Under the pieces are notes generated by a model. The model had not been told where the DNA came from. It saw nothing but the letters and a program-made list of their open reading frames with translations, and made no database searches. A program made the translations under genes and the position numbers. This document shows, one piece after another, positions 37,635 through 50,323 of a stretch of 64,000 bases of DNA (position 1 is the first letter of the stretch; each line of letters opens with the position of its first letter). This stretch comes from Rhizophagus irregularis. Its lineage: Eukaryota. The DNA lies in the NCBI RefSeq assembly GCF_026210795.1, contig NC_089431.1, forward strand, positions 1-64,000, given 5' to 3'.

Positions 37635-38330
37635 GAATTGATATGGATATGATATAAATTTCATGTCATAATGGTATCAATTTCCATGATGATATTGTTA
37701 TAATGTTGATTTGATATCGTTACTTCATCACCATAATTTATCATGAAAATATCATGGTGATATCTATTCAAAAGAATATTAAATCGGCACAGTCTTGATA
37801 TCATTACAATGTCAGTAATTTCAAAAAAAAAAGATGTAGAATTTTTGATATTGATTTGATATCATCACTTCATCACCATAATTTATCGTGAAAATATCGG
37901 GACAACATTTATTTAAAAGAATATTTGATCAGTATAGTCTTGATATTGTTACGATATTGTTAATTTCAGGGAGAAAAAAGATGTATTTACGATATTGATA
38001 TGATATCATCATATTATCACCATAATTTATCGCAAAAATATCATGATGATATCTATTCAAAAGAATATCAAATCGGCACAGTCTTGATATCATTACGATA
38101 TCAGTAATTTCAAAAAAAAGATGTAGTATTTGCGATATTGATTTGATATCGTCACTTCATCCTCCAATTTATCTCTGAGATATCATGATAATATTTATTC
38201 AAAAATATCTAATCGGCACAGTCTTGATATCATTACGATATCAGTAATTTCAAATAAAAAAAAAAGATGTATTTACGATATTGATTTGATATCGTCACTT
38301 CATTGCCGCAACTCATTTGTGATATCGCAA
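37635..38330. repeat. Tandem repeat, ~145-bp GATATC-rich unit, about 5 copies
   Basis: GATATTGATTTGATATC(G/A)TCACTTCATCACCATAATTTATC..ATCGGCACAGTCTTGATATCATTAC recurs. Confidence 0.85.
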
Positions 38331-38713
38331 CTCATCTGCAATACCGCAAATATTAAACTTTATTTTTTTACAAATTAATAAAAAACTTTTAGATGTATAA
38401 CATGCTGTCATACTATTATCGCCATTTTCAAATTAGTGTGATTGGCCATATTTTACTATTTAAATAAAAATATTGATCTCGGAATTACAAAAATAACCAT
38501 CACGTGCACATATAAAAATTAAATATTAATTGATCTCCGTAATGCTAAGCCACTGTTGCATCACCTCCGATATAATTTTTTATCGTGATCGCGTTCATTT
38601 TGACGGTAGCATATAAACTGACATGTTCCGATTCCACAAATTTCAAACAATTACAATAATTATAAATATAATTTGTAAATAAAAGTGTTTACTCTTTATA
38701 GGTAAGCTCAACT

Positions 38714-39816
38714 ATGCCTCGAGAATTCAGTGAAGATTTGTACTGTCATATAGTTTATCTTTATACCGATGGTTTGTCAACTGTGGATATTGCCAATACA
38801 TTGCATATGAGTAAAGGTGTTGTAAATAAAATAAAAAAGAGATATAACCGTTGGGCATGTGTTATAAATCCTTTCAAAGGTGTTCCTGGTCGAAGAAAAC
38901 TATTTAGTAGAAGAGACATGACTATACTTAGAGGTCTTGTCAGAGAAAAGGTAGACTGATACTTAGACGAATTGATATATGAAATGGAATGTCTAATAGG
39001 GAAAAGAGCATCCATTGCAACTCTCTGGAGGTCGCTTCAATATTTAGGAATTACTCGAAAAAAGATAAAACATTATATGTTGTAAATAATTGATGTAAAT
39101 TATCTCAAAAATTTTCTCAAAATTTTTCTTGTATGAAGTTGCAAAAAGCAGCACTAGAAAGAAATGAAATTGTACGAGCACACTATTTAGCTACATTTGG
39201 TGAACATTATACCCAAAATCAACTTATTTTTATTGACGAAAGTGCTAAAGATGAAAGAAGTTTGTCACGTTTATATGGTTATTCTCCCAGAAATACACCT
39301 GTTCAAAAAAAAGTAGTTTTTATACGGGGAAAACGATATACCATTTTACCTGCACTTACAATGGAAGAATTTATTGGTATTGATATATTTGAAGGATCTT
39401 ATGATAGAAAAAAATTTGTTGATTTTGTTCTCAATCAAGTAGTAAGTAATAATTGTGCTAATTACAAGAATTTGGATTATTTTTTTGATAATTTTATTAC
39501 TATTTAGGTGCCAACAATGAATCCATACTATCCAGGAGATAATAGTGTTATTGTAATGGACAATGCAAGAATCCATCATGATAATGAATTAGTAGCTTTA
39601 TTGGAGGGATTGGGATGTCATGTTGTTTTTCTTCCACCTTATTCTCCTGATTTTAACCCCATTGAGACTGCATTTTCAACTATCAAATCATGGATTAGAC
39701 ATAATCGTGATTTTATGAAAGCTTGTAACGATCCTGTATATGCATTATTAGTTGTGTGTAGTCAAATTTCACCTCAAATGGCAAAATCATATTTTGAAGC
39801 ATCAATTTATGTTTAG
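38714..39816 (+). pseudogene. IS630/Tc1-type DD34E transposase with one premature stop
   Basis: N-terminal HTH-like region; FIDES, VMDNARIHH, LPPYSPDFNPIE (34 residues between D and E); two introns; TGA at 38957. Confidence 0.9.
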
Positions 39817-39939
39817 AATAATTAGTTTTTAGAAAAATTTTATTTAGAAAATCAATTTATTAGAAAATAAAACGTATAGCTTTAGTTTATAGAAAAATAT
39901 CAAATTTATTATTTGTATTATCAAATATTCTAATATATT

Positions 39940-41580
39940 TCAAAATCGTTGAGCTGCTCGTTTGACATTTTTCTGCCATCCAATTTTCACTACTTCTAAT
40001 TTTTGCAATTGATCATCAGATAAATCTTTGATTACATTTACAGCAATTTCTTCTTCAAGAAAAGCATTTTCGAAGTTAGAGTATATACATTACAGTTATG
40101 TTTTTGATCTAAACTACTGAAAAATTCACCAATTGAAGGTAATGTATTTGGTGATGCTAATAGAACATTTGTATTATTAGAACTATACGATGTCAACTGT
40201 TCTTGAGAATTTGGATAAAATTGTGATGGTAATTGGATTATAATAGGAGTAGCAGTAGCAGGTAATGCCTGACTTACTTGTGTTTGTGCTGTCAAATTAT
40301 TTTTATTGACAGATACACTTGATTTTGCATCAAATGTTGGATAAGATGGGGGCACTTCATAGGTAGCTGCTTCATTTATCTAAATAAAAATATTATAATT
40401 TTATCAATTTATACAATAAACAATATTTACGTTGAAAAACTTACTATTTCTCGTGCCCAAAGCTGCAATCTAGCAGGATTGAGTTGTAAATGCCGATTAT
40501 CTTGAATAAAACATGGTGTTGCATGTATATTACATTTATACATTTCACATAAAGTAGAAATTACTTCAGATCTTGTTCTTTCTTCCTTTGATAAATCTTC
40601 TTCACAGATGGCACGTAATTTTTTTTTCTTTGTATATTGCAATTCTTCAGAAGAAAATCCACTTTCATCAGAACTCTAGAAAATAGTAAATGTTAAAAAT
40701 TCATTTTTTATTATACTATACAATATATTGTATAAAAAACTTTACCTTACTGCGTGACTTTTTTTTCTTTATCAAATCATCCTTTACGGTTACTATCATT
40801 GACATTTTTTTGTTAGCTATGTAGAACTATCCTTTTATACTCACTAATAAACTCTCGAAAATCCATTTCATCTTCAAGTTCATTTGAAGGTCCACGTGCA
40901 TTTACTGCCTTGTATGATATAGTATAATCTTTTGATTTGACTTTTTTCTTCAAAGTTTTTTGAACTGCTAAATTTATTTTTTCCATAACCTTTTTATAGC
41001 TAACGGGTTCAATATTCAAAGTTTTTGCCGTAGGTACTTTTATAGTATTACTCTTAACAATTATCTGCACTTTTACTTCTTCAAGATCACTATCTTCATC
41101 GTTAATCTCTATATCATCAATGCCTTCTCCCTCTTCAGTATCACTACTTACCAAAGAGAATATTTTATGATTTTTTTCTTTAACAACATTCACAACTTCT
41201 TTTTCATTTGATAAATCGCTTGGAGCAACTTTATTATTTTCTTTTAGAGTTTGCTGGTCTTTTCTATCAGCATTTCTATACCGTTGAATTTTGCTATTAC
41301 AAGTACTACAAAAAGTGTAAGAAAATGATTCTTCAAAGTTACTATTATAACCAAATTTTTCATTAGCATCAAACAAATATTTATTTGCTTTTGGAAATAA
41401 TGGATCTGGTTTAAAAGTACATTGATATATTTGTTGTGCGCGTTTTGGATGTTTAGTTCTTGTTGGTTGTTTATTTTTATTACATTTACATGGCTCTTGC
41501 TATGGCAACTCAAAACAGTGTAAGCATTTTTGACATGAATAACATGTGTCTAAAAGGTATTTGCAATTGAGTTCTGTCAT
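39940..41580 (-). pseudogene. Convergent partner gene: Cys-rich N-terminus, acidic linker, C..H..PC..H..L..WA domain, SAM-like C-terminus
   Basis: MTELNCKYLLDTCYSCQKCLHCF..FCSTC..; LCEMYKCNIHATPCFIQDNRHLQLNPARLQLWAREI; IKDLSDDQLQKLEVVKIGWQKNVKRAAQRF*. Stops and frameshifts present. Confidence 0.65.
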
Positions 41581-41929
41581 TGAACTGATAATTTTTAAAC
41601 GCGAAACTATCTTTTTTCGCGTAAAGTAGCGTCATTTTTATTAAAAATATCTACTAAATTAAGGAAATGATCAGACAGATAAATTGGCCAATAAAATTTT
41701 GTTTTCAGTGTTTTCGGTATTTTCAGGAATAATTTTATTGATTAACAAATCACCTGATCACACTAATTCGAAAATGGTGATAATAAAATAAAATTCTGAT
41801 ATTTTATGCGATTTTGAGAAGCTATTACTGATAGAGTTGCATTTTACCTTCTAATTTTAACATTGCATCCTTAAAACATACAAATATCGTTAAAAAATCC
41901 ATGATTTCTCAATATTGATTTTATTTGTG

Positions 41930-42810
41930 ATTATTTAGAATTCAATTAAGTAATATTTTTAAGTAATATACATTAGTTATCTCAAAAAGTAACTTTTTCT
42001 TAATAGACTTAGAGAATACAATGTTGCAAAGCATCTTTTAACGCCAGATTGAGCTTGTGCATTCATACACCGTCATTCACCTTATCTCCACGTACGATTT
42101 TAGACCTCCTCCTTGTATATTTTTTAATTGAATAGCGCTTTAAATAATGCCACGCCTATAGCTGAATTTTTGAAAAATCTTGTGAGATTACATTTGCACA
42201 TTTAATCAAATTTTTGACTAATTTTACAATGTCAGAACTGATTAAATTAACGCAGTGCGCAATGCACTGTATATCGAGAATTTATGGATAATTTTGAGAG
42301 ATAATTCAGCAGTGTGGTCCCATCCAACCGACTAGAGCTAATAAAATGATCATGTGAATCTTAGAATAGATAACAAATAGAAGAAACAAAATTAAAAGCA
42401 GAATATTAATAAAAAAATAATAATGAAATTTACCAATCGTATAATTAGTTTCCTTAGCTAATTCATTATGATAGATTCATAAATTTACACGAGCCAATTC
42501 AGCTTGTAATAACGTTCCATTTATTTAAAATTTGTCGAGTTGGTAAGTTGTACGCTGGTTGTAAAGTTTTAATCGTATCAATAAACCAAGGTTTTCAATA
42601 ACACTAAATGGGATGCTACTCAATACTCATATTAAAAGCTTTAGTAACTGAATGGTCAATAGCATCAAAATATCTCTTTTCCAATTTGTTGTTTTTTTTG
42701 TTAAAATTTTGAATTGATGTATATTCGTAATTTTGTCTTTGCTTTTATTTGGTGATTACCTTTCCTCCAAATCAATTAGTTTTTTAATATAAATGCATTG
42801 TATGATGAGA
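41930..42810 (-). pseudogene. Heavily decayed hAT transposase remnant
   Basis: Joined frames give SIPFSVIEN.WFIDTIKTLQPAYNLPTRQ, DGW, RYTVHCAL..NQF and GGGLKSYVE, parallel to the 1-3481 transposase. Confidence 0.7.
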
Positions 42811-43952
42811 GAATATACAGTTTAATTAATCACATCGGGAAATTTTTTGGGAAGCAGATTTGCGCAGATTTTCAGAAATTATATCTGTGCAGATCTTATA
42901 CCTTGGCGCAAAACATCAGAAGAAAAATCCAATAAAAAACTGCGCAGATTTTATAAATAACAAAGTTCTGCACAGATTTTTGTTATTAAATTCTGCATAT
43001 ATTTTACAAAATAAAAATCTGCAAAATTCATCAAATAATAATAAATTATACAAATTTTGATTGTTATTTTAGCATTATCTAACATCAATTTATTAATTAA
43101 ACGCACTACAAATTTATCACTTTACTATATTATTTTATTAATGTACTAATAGCTAAAGTTCTACTGTAATTTACATGTTATTAATGGTTTGGATATTATT
43201 CCAGTTAGTTCGATTTCAACAAACAACTATTTAAATTTGCGTTTATGAAGCGTCTAGGAACTTGTAGACCTACCAAAAGTAGAAAAGTAAAAACATTCAG
43301 TTAATTAGTAATGTTTCATTAAAAAAATAACATTTAAACTTCAAAGAATACCTTTGAAGTTCCATCCAGGTGCAATCCAAGAAGTCGTGGACCTACAAAT
43401 TTCATTTCTTTGAAAATCTTTATTTTTTTTTCAAAGTTCCATCCAGATGTCATCCAAAAAGTTGCTGACCTACAGTATAAAAAGAGAAACGAGATATTAG
43501 TTGATATTTTATTAAAGAAAACAAAAGAAATTAAAGAATTTCAAAGGGTACCTTTGAAGTTTAATTCAGAAAGCACCAGGAAGCCATAGACCTACAAAAA
43601 GAGAATATGTTAGTAAAGTTCATTAAAAAACAAAAAAATTACTGAAGTTTCGAAAAGAATATGATTCTTTTCAAAACTCACCTATTCAAAGGCCACAACC
43701 GATACCTGAAGTTTTGAAAAGTTAATGTAACTTTTTAAAACTTACCACAGGTTTCGTTTCCAAAGGTCCCAACTTGATACCTACAAAATAAAGAAAAGAA
43801 AATTAAAAATTTAAAGTTTCGAAAAGTAATGAAACTTTTCAAAACTTACCTATCTAAAAGATTCCAACTGATGCTAATCAATACCTACAAAATAAAGAAA
43901 AGAAAATTAAAAAAAAATTAAAGTTTTGAAAAGTAATGAAACTTTTTGAAAC

Positions 43953-44891
43953 TAGAGTTTGGAACCGGTTGTATTTTTGGAAACCGGATTTAAAACGGGT
44001 GCAACCGGTTCGACCCTTTTCAAATCGGTTTTTACAAACCCGGTTGAAACCGATTTTTGTACCCGGTTTTATATTTGTTTAATTATAATAAATAAATAAT
44101 AAAGTAATAGTTAGCCGCATCTGAAGTCACGTTCCTTGTTTTCAGTTAACTTATGGAATTCTACTATGATCTACATCCTGGATTAGAGTTTCCATTTTTG
44201 CATCAGGCTTACACTGATTTCAAAATGTACGGGACACGTGACAAATTACAAAATTCTACCTAAGGTTGCTTGCCGAAACCTAGGGGTTTAGGCAAGATGG
44301 CGTTTCGCCGAAAAGCGAAATTCTGCCGAAACTATATTAAAGTTATATTAAAAAACTGGCGAAACTTTGGAGAATGGTGAAACCGCCGAAACTTATTATA
44401 AATGCCGAAACTGCCGAAATTCTGCCGAAACTATAATAAATCTATAGTAAAATTTTGACGAAACTAATCGTAGGATTTTGAAGAGGTTTAGACAAGCAAC
44501 CTTAATTCTACCCGCATGAATTTGTCAAGTGTACAGTACACTGTAATTTTGGCCAGAATTAAATGTGATCGGCATATAATTGGCCGAGTTTATAATTTCG
44601 GCCAGAATTACAAAACTTGTATAACACAATTCCAGAATTTGTGTAGCATAATTTTCTATAACTAATAAAAATCCCGGTGGCTAAACTATTTACCCGGTAT
44701 CACGTGATTTATAATTTCGTAATTCGGGCTGGCACTATAAAGTTTCGATATCACACCGGGTTGAGCACCTGGTTGCACTCGCTTTAAACGCAAACCGGTT
44801 TTTGCAGCATGAATCTGGATTGAACCGAATCGTAAAAAAAATGGGTGGAACTGGTTTAAAAACCGGATGGTGCATCCGGTTCCAAACTCTA
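43953..44891. mobile_element. hAT-type non-autonomous element
   Basis: TIR TAGAGTTTGGAACCGG / CCGGTTCCAAACTCTA; TSD TTTGAAAC/TTCGAAAC; AACCGG subterminal motifs. Confidence 0.9.
44261..44504. mobile_element. hAT-type MITE nested in 43953-44891
   Basis: TIR TAAGGTTGCTTG / CAAGCAACCTTA; perfect TSD ATTCTACC; GCCGAAA subrepeats. Confidence 0.93.
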
Positions 44892-45569
44892 TTCGAAACT
44901 CACCTATCTAAAAGATTCCAACTGATGCTAATCAATACCTACAAAAAAAAGAAAAGAAAATTAAAAAAAAATTGAAGTTTTGAAAAGTTAATGTTAACTT
45001 TTTGAAACTTACTACAGGTTTCCAAAGGTCACAACCAATACCTACAAAATAAAGAAAAGAAAATTAAAAAAAAATTAAAGTTGCGAAAAGTAATGAAACT
45101 TTTCAAAACTCACCTATTCAAAGGTCTCAACCGATGCCAATCAATACCTATAAAATATAAAGAAAAGAAAATTAAAAAAAAATTGAAGTTTCAAAAAGTT
45201 AATGTTAACTTTTCGAAACTTACCACAGGTTTTCAAAGGTTGCAACTAAAGCTCCGAATAGTTCCGGTTTAACCTGAAAACCAAACTAGATCTGAATCAA
45301 AAATACGGTTCAGTTCCAATAATTTTAATCCGAAATTTTTGGTTCAGTTTCAGTTCAGTTCAGTTTTTTTTAATAAACCAAACTGGGACCCGAACCGGGA
45401 ACTGGTAGAACTGATAAAAAAAATTTAAAAAAAAAATTTTTTTTTATTTTGTATTAGCTTTCTTTTCGTTTTCCTTTGCGCACAGAAAAGTAGTTTTTTT
45501 CGTTCTCTTTTTTTTGTATTTCTTTTTCGCCTCCTTTACTAATGTCGTACGTCTCCCTCTCTTCTTTTT

Positions 45570-46560
45570 GGTCTTAGTTCTTTGCAGTTTTTCACGGAAA
45601 AGTCCTTTAGGCTTTTGGCTCTTTGGCTCTTCACGGTTGGTTTTTTTTGTTTTGATTTTTTTTTGGTTTTCTTTTACTAATTTCGTTTGTCTTCTTTCTT
45701 TTTTTAGGTTCCAGTTCTTTGCGTTTTTCACAGAAAGGTGTGCGTTTCTTTTTTTTAGTTTTTCGGTTATTTTTTTTTTATTTTCTTTGCTAATTCCATT
45801 CTCCTTCTTCCTTATTTTAGATTTTCGGTTCTTGTTCTTCGTGAAGAGGCAGGTAATTGAAATTTTTTTTGTTTCTTTTTTTCATTTTTTTGTTTTTTTT
45901 TATTTCTTTTGCTAATTCTGTTCTCCTTCTTTTTTATTTTAGGTTTTCAGTTCTTGTTCTTCGTGAAAAGGCAGGTGATTGAAATATTTCTTTTTTCTTT
46001 CGTTTTTTCATTTTTTTTTTATTTCTTTTGCTAATTCCGTTCTCCTTCTTCCTTATTTTAGGTTTTTGGCTCTTGTTCTTCGTGAAAAGGCAGGTGATTA
46101 AAATTTTTTTATTTCTTTTTTCGGGTTTTCATTTTTTTTTTATTTCTTTTGCTAATTCCGTTCTCCTTTTTCCTTATTTTAGGTTTTCAGTTCTTGTTCT
46201 TCGTGAAAAGGCAGGTAATTGAAATGTTTTTGTTTCTTTTTTTTGTTCTTTTGTTCTTTCATTTTTTTTTTGTTTCCTTTGTTAATTCCGTTTTCTTTCT
46301 TCCTTTTTTTAGGTTTTCAGTTATTGTTCTTTACGGTGTGTTTCTTTTTTTATTTTTGGTTCTTTTTTTTTGTTTCCTTTGTTAATTCCGTTTTCCTTCT
46401 TCCTTTTAGGTTTTTGGTTCTTGTTCTTCGTGAAAAGGCAGGTGATTGAAATATTTCTTTTTTTTTGTTCTTTCATTTTTTTTTGTTTCCTTTGTTAATT
46501 CTGTTCTCCTTCTTCCTTCTTTTAGGTTTTTGGTTTTTTGCGATACTCCATGGGAAGGTA
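45570..46560 (+). repeat. Left arm: ~120-bp tandem splice cassettes (32-nt exon + ~88-nt intron)
   Basis: GCTAAT..CTCCTTCTTCCTTATTTTAG | GTTTTCGGTTCTTGTTCTTCGTGAAAAGGCAG | GT(A/G)ATT. Example: exon 45821-45852, intron 45853-45942. Confidence 0.85.
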
Positions 46561-48497
46561 GAATATTTTTTTATTATTATTATTCTTGCTTCGTTTTATT
46601 TTCCTCTTTTAAATTCATCCCTCTCTTCGTTTAGGTTTTTGTTCTTTTTGGCTTTTCACAGAACTATGTGGAATTTTGTGTTCTTTAACGTTTACAGTTG
46701 TTGAGTGCGTGATCTTGTAATTAAGAAGAGTGGCTTTACATCTATCAGAGAGTAGATCATCAAATAAGACATCAATGGCTTCGTAAGTACAAAGCCGTGA
46801 CTTATTTCCAATAATATTTTAATATTTGTTTCTAAATTCATCTTTTTCTTTAATTTTGCAGTTCAGGTATATGTTTAGAACTTTTTTTTTTTTTGGTTTC
46901 TTTCTCCGTTTCCTTTTCTAATTTCGTCTTTCTCTTCTTTAGTTTCTAGTTTTTTGCAGCTTTTCACGGGAAATCAGGTATTAATTTCGTTCTTCATTTT
47001 TTTCTTTGTTCCTTTCTCAAATTTTTAACGTCTTCTCTCCCTTTTTAGGTCTATTCTTTACTGCTCTTCATGGAAACGTGTTTTCGGGATTTTTTTTTTG
47101 TTTTTTTTTTCGCTTTTCCTTTGCTAATTTAATTCATTACTTCTTTTAGTATTTGTTTCTTTACAGCTTTTCATGGACACATGATTGTTGAAACTGTATT
47201 CCGCTAACAACTCGAATTAATAATTTGTTAACATCGGAACTCGGAAACTGGGAAAATTTCCAAAAAAAAGTTAAAGCAAATAAAAATTAAACATATAAAA
47301 AAATTTAATTTGAAAAATGAATAAAATAGGCATCAAATAATCTGATAAAAAATCAATTTATATTAGTCATGATGATATCATTGTTGTACGTTGATATAAT
47401 TGTCATTTGACACGTACCACTGTTAGATTTTTGATACGTTGATAATGATCCTAGCCTTAGCATCATCACTGAAAAATGATAGATGGTTACACATACCAGT
47501 TACATGTGATTTTAGATAACTTTTAGTATCGTAGAGTTGCAGAATTAAACAATTTATCGAACTTTAAAAAAAGTTACCAAACTTTATTATTGGTTTTTTA
47601 TTTACAAATAAAAAAGAATTTTTAATTTTAAATCAATACGGGATGTGCAATATTTTAACTTGTTTCTACATTGTATTCTATAGTATGTGTAACTGACAAA
47701 TAAATCCAGCTACCATTTTTGGTGGTGATGCTAGAATTGTTTTAATATCGTCATTTGACATGATACTGTTATTTATTTTTGACACGATTGATTGAATTAA
47801 TACATTTACGTATCATTTTTGTTATATTTAAATTCATATTTCATAAAAATAAAATAAAATAAAATAAATCTTTGACACGATACCATGGTTGATTTTTGAC
47901 ACGATATAATGGTTAATTTTGATATGATGATACCATTGGCATCATTAATTTTTTGATATGAAGATTTTTTTGATTAAAATTATATATATAAACAATGGGT
48001 ATATGGTAAAAAATTTCAAAAAATTTCATAAGAAATTTATTAAATATTTCAAGATGAGTAATATTACTGATATAGATTCTGAAAGTGATAGTATTATATC
48101 ACAAGATATAACACTTCAAATTAATGAACCAGAAGATACTTCACAAACTAAAAAGAATAGTAAATCATTAGTTTATACCCATTTTACTTTAAATGAAATA
48201 AATAATAAATATAATTGTAATCACTGTTTTAAAAGTTATAAAGTGCCTAAAGATGGCTCAACATCTAGTTTATGGAAACATATTAAAAGTAAACATAGTG
48301 AATTATATTTAGAGGTCAATCAAATAACTGAAGCATTAAATAAGCTTGAAATCTCAGAATCTTTGGTATAATGTATTTTATCTTATTTATCCCTATAAAA
48401 AGTATTATACTTAAAACAAGAGGTCATTTTCATGGGGGAGCTTGACATACTTTTGAAAGATCTTTTAAGTAGAAGTTATTGTAAAAAAAAAATGATT

Positions 48498-49100
48498 AGT
48501 GATGGGAGACGAAAAGGAGTGATAGAAAGATGAAGAGGAGTGATGGGAGACGAAAAGGAACGATGGAAGACGAAAAGAGTGATGGAAAGATGAAGAGGAG
48601 TGACGGGAGATGAAAAAGAGTGATGGAAAGATGAAGAGGAATGATGGGAGGCAAAAAGAAGTGTTGGGAGACGAAAAGGAGTGATGGGAGACAAAAAAAA
48701 GTGATAGGAGACGAAAAAGAGTGATGGGAGACGAAAGGAGTGATGGGAGACGAAAAGGAGTAATGGAAAATGAAAAGAAGTGATGGGAAGATGAAGAGGA
48801 GTGATGGGAGACGAAAAGGAACAATGGGAGATAGTGATGGGAGACAAAAAAAACTGATGGGATGAAAAGGAGTGATGGGAGACGAAACAGAGTGATGGGA
48901 GTCGAAAAAGAGTGATGGGAGACGAAAAAGAGTGATTGGAGACGAAAAAGAGTGATGGGAGACGAAAAGGAGCGATGGGAGACGAAAAGGAGTGATGGAA
49001 GACGAAAAGGAATAATGGGAAGATGAAGAGGAGTGATGGGAGACGAAAGGGAGTAATGGAAAGTTGAAAAGAAGTGATGGGAGACGAAAGGAGTGATGGA
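48498..49100. repeat. ~20-bp purine-rich minisatellite
   Basis: GAGTGATGGGAGACGAAAAG repeated about 30 times with variation. Confidence 0.92.
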
Positions 49101-49522
49101 CCTAATAAAAAACGTTTTTGCGACGTTTTTTGCATTTTTTTATAAAATTATTATTAAAGAAACAGTTTCGCAATGTTTTCTATTAAAACAATTAAAAAAT
49201 GTTGCGAAACTGTTTTTTTTATTAATAAAAAATGTTTTCGCAACATTTTTTTTGTTAAAATAATTAAAAAATGTTTCAAAATATTTTTTTATTAATCACT
49301 TATTACATGTTAACACAACATTATTTAAAAAATAAAAAATTTTTTTTTTTGTGTTATAATGAATTGTGAATTTGCGATTAAAGTGTTTTTTTTAAATTTA
49401 GTGAATAATGATCATCAAAATTCAATTCTACCAAAAAACCTACAATTTGATGGTTAAACTTAATATGACATAAAAGTACCACAGGAAACTCTAAATCACA
49501 AAATTGTAGTTTAAGAGTTCTA

Positions 49523-49579
49523 TCCTGTCCTGTCCTGTCCTGTCCTGTCCTGTCCTGTTTTGTCTTGTCCTGTCCTGTC
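49523..49579. repeat. (GTCCT)n microsatellite
   Basis: Direct read; ends in ..TCTAGT. Confidence 0.9.
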
Positions 49580-49803
49580 TAGTACTATTAATAAGTACTA
49601 TAATACTTCCGGAAAAAAATTGTGCAGATCACGCCCATATTTTGATAATGACAAACTAACATTGGCCGATCTAATTGCTAATACCAAAAATAGGATCAAC
49701 AAATTTTCATACCAAATCTAATCTGATCAGCAAATTGAATTCCAAATTTATTTTTGTTTTTCATTTAAACATTATAATGGTGTTAATATACTTAAAATAT
49801 ATT

Positions 49804-50187
49804 GATAAAGTTCTAGCGGAAATTTTAGATTTGCTGCGTAAATTAGTTTAAAATTTTATTTTTTATTAATTTAGGTTTTAGAATTTATTTTACTTTTAAT
49901 TTTCTTATTTTTTCTAGCTTGTTAGGTAGTAATTCATTTGGTAGGTGGGAGTTATTCTAGCTTATTAGGTGGATTTTCTGCTTTACGAGTGGGAGTTTAG
50001 TGTTTTTTAGTATTTTTGTTCGTTCACGTGTAGCATCGTAGGTATATTTCTATGTATTTAGTTTTATACTTAGTTTTTTTGTAAGATTTGTAGCCCCATA
50101 GTCTTAAAGACTTCTGCCCTTTTATCTACAAAATTAATAAAATCGTCCTTGTGACGTCATTAGCTTCACCAAAAAAAAAAAAAAAAA
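49804..50187 (+). mobile_element. 5'-truncated non-LTR retrotransposon 3' end
   Basis: AATAAA followed by poly(A); flanking duplication AATATACTTAAAATATATT, which lies within a repetitive host and so is less diagnostic. Confidence 0.65.
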
Positions 50188-50323
50188 AATATACTTAAAA
50201 TATATTTAAAATATACTTAATTTAAAAATTGCAAAATACTTATAATATATTTTTAATATATCTAAAATATACTTAAAATTATCTTAAAATATATGTCTAA
50301 TATATTTAATTTTTGCCCATATA

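Larger units (their letters stand above)
43255..45246 (-). repeat. Micro-exon/intron cassette array, interrupted by nested MITEs
   Basis: Minus strand TTTTGTAG | ~30-35 nt | GT(A/G)AGT repeated, seen on + as CT(T/C)ACC..CCTACAAAA. Confidence 0.78.

Noticed and set aside
36419..37664. Short hydrophobic or basic ORFs
   Set aside because: They lie in low-complexity and subterminal repeats.
38714..39816. Bacterial IS630 or endobacterial contamination
   Set aside because: The gene is interrupted by two spliceosomal-type introns and is embedded among fungal-type TEs.
48465..49135. 119-aa and 219-aa ORFs
   Set aside because: Translations of a 20-bp minisatellite.
49500..49585. Helitron/Helentron 3' end ((GTCCT)n then CTAG-T)
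   Set aside because: No clear subterminal hairpin or 5' end identified.
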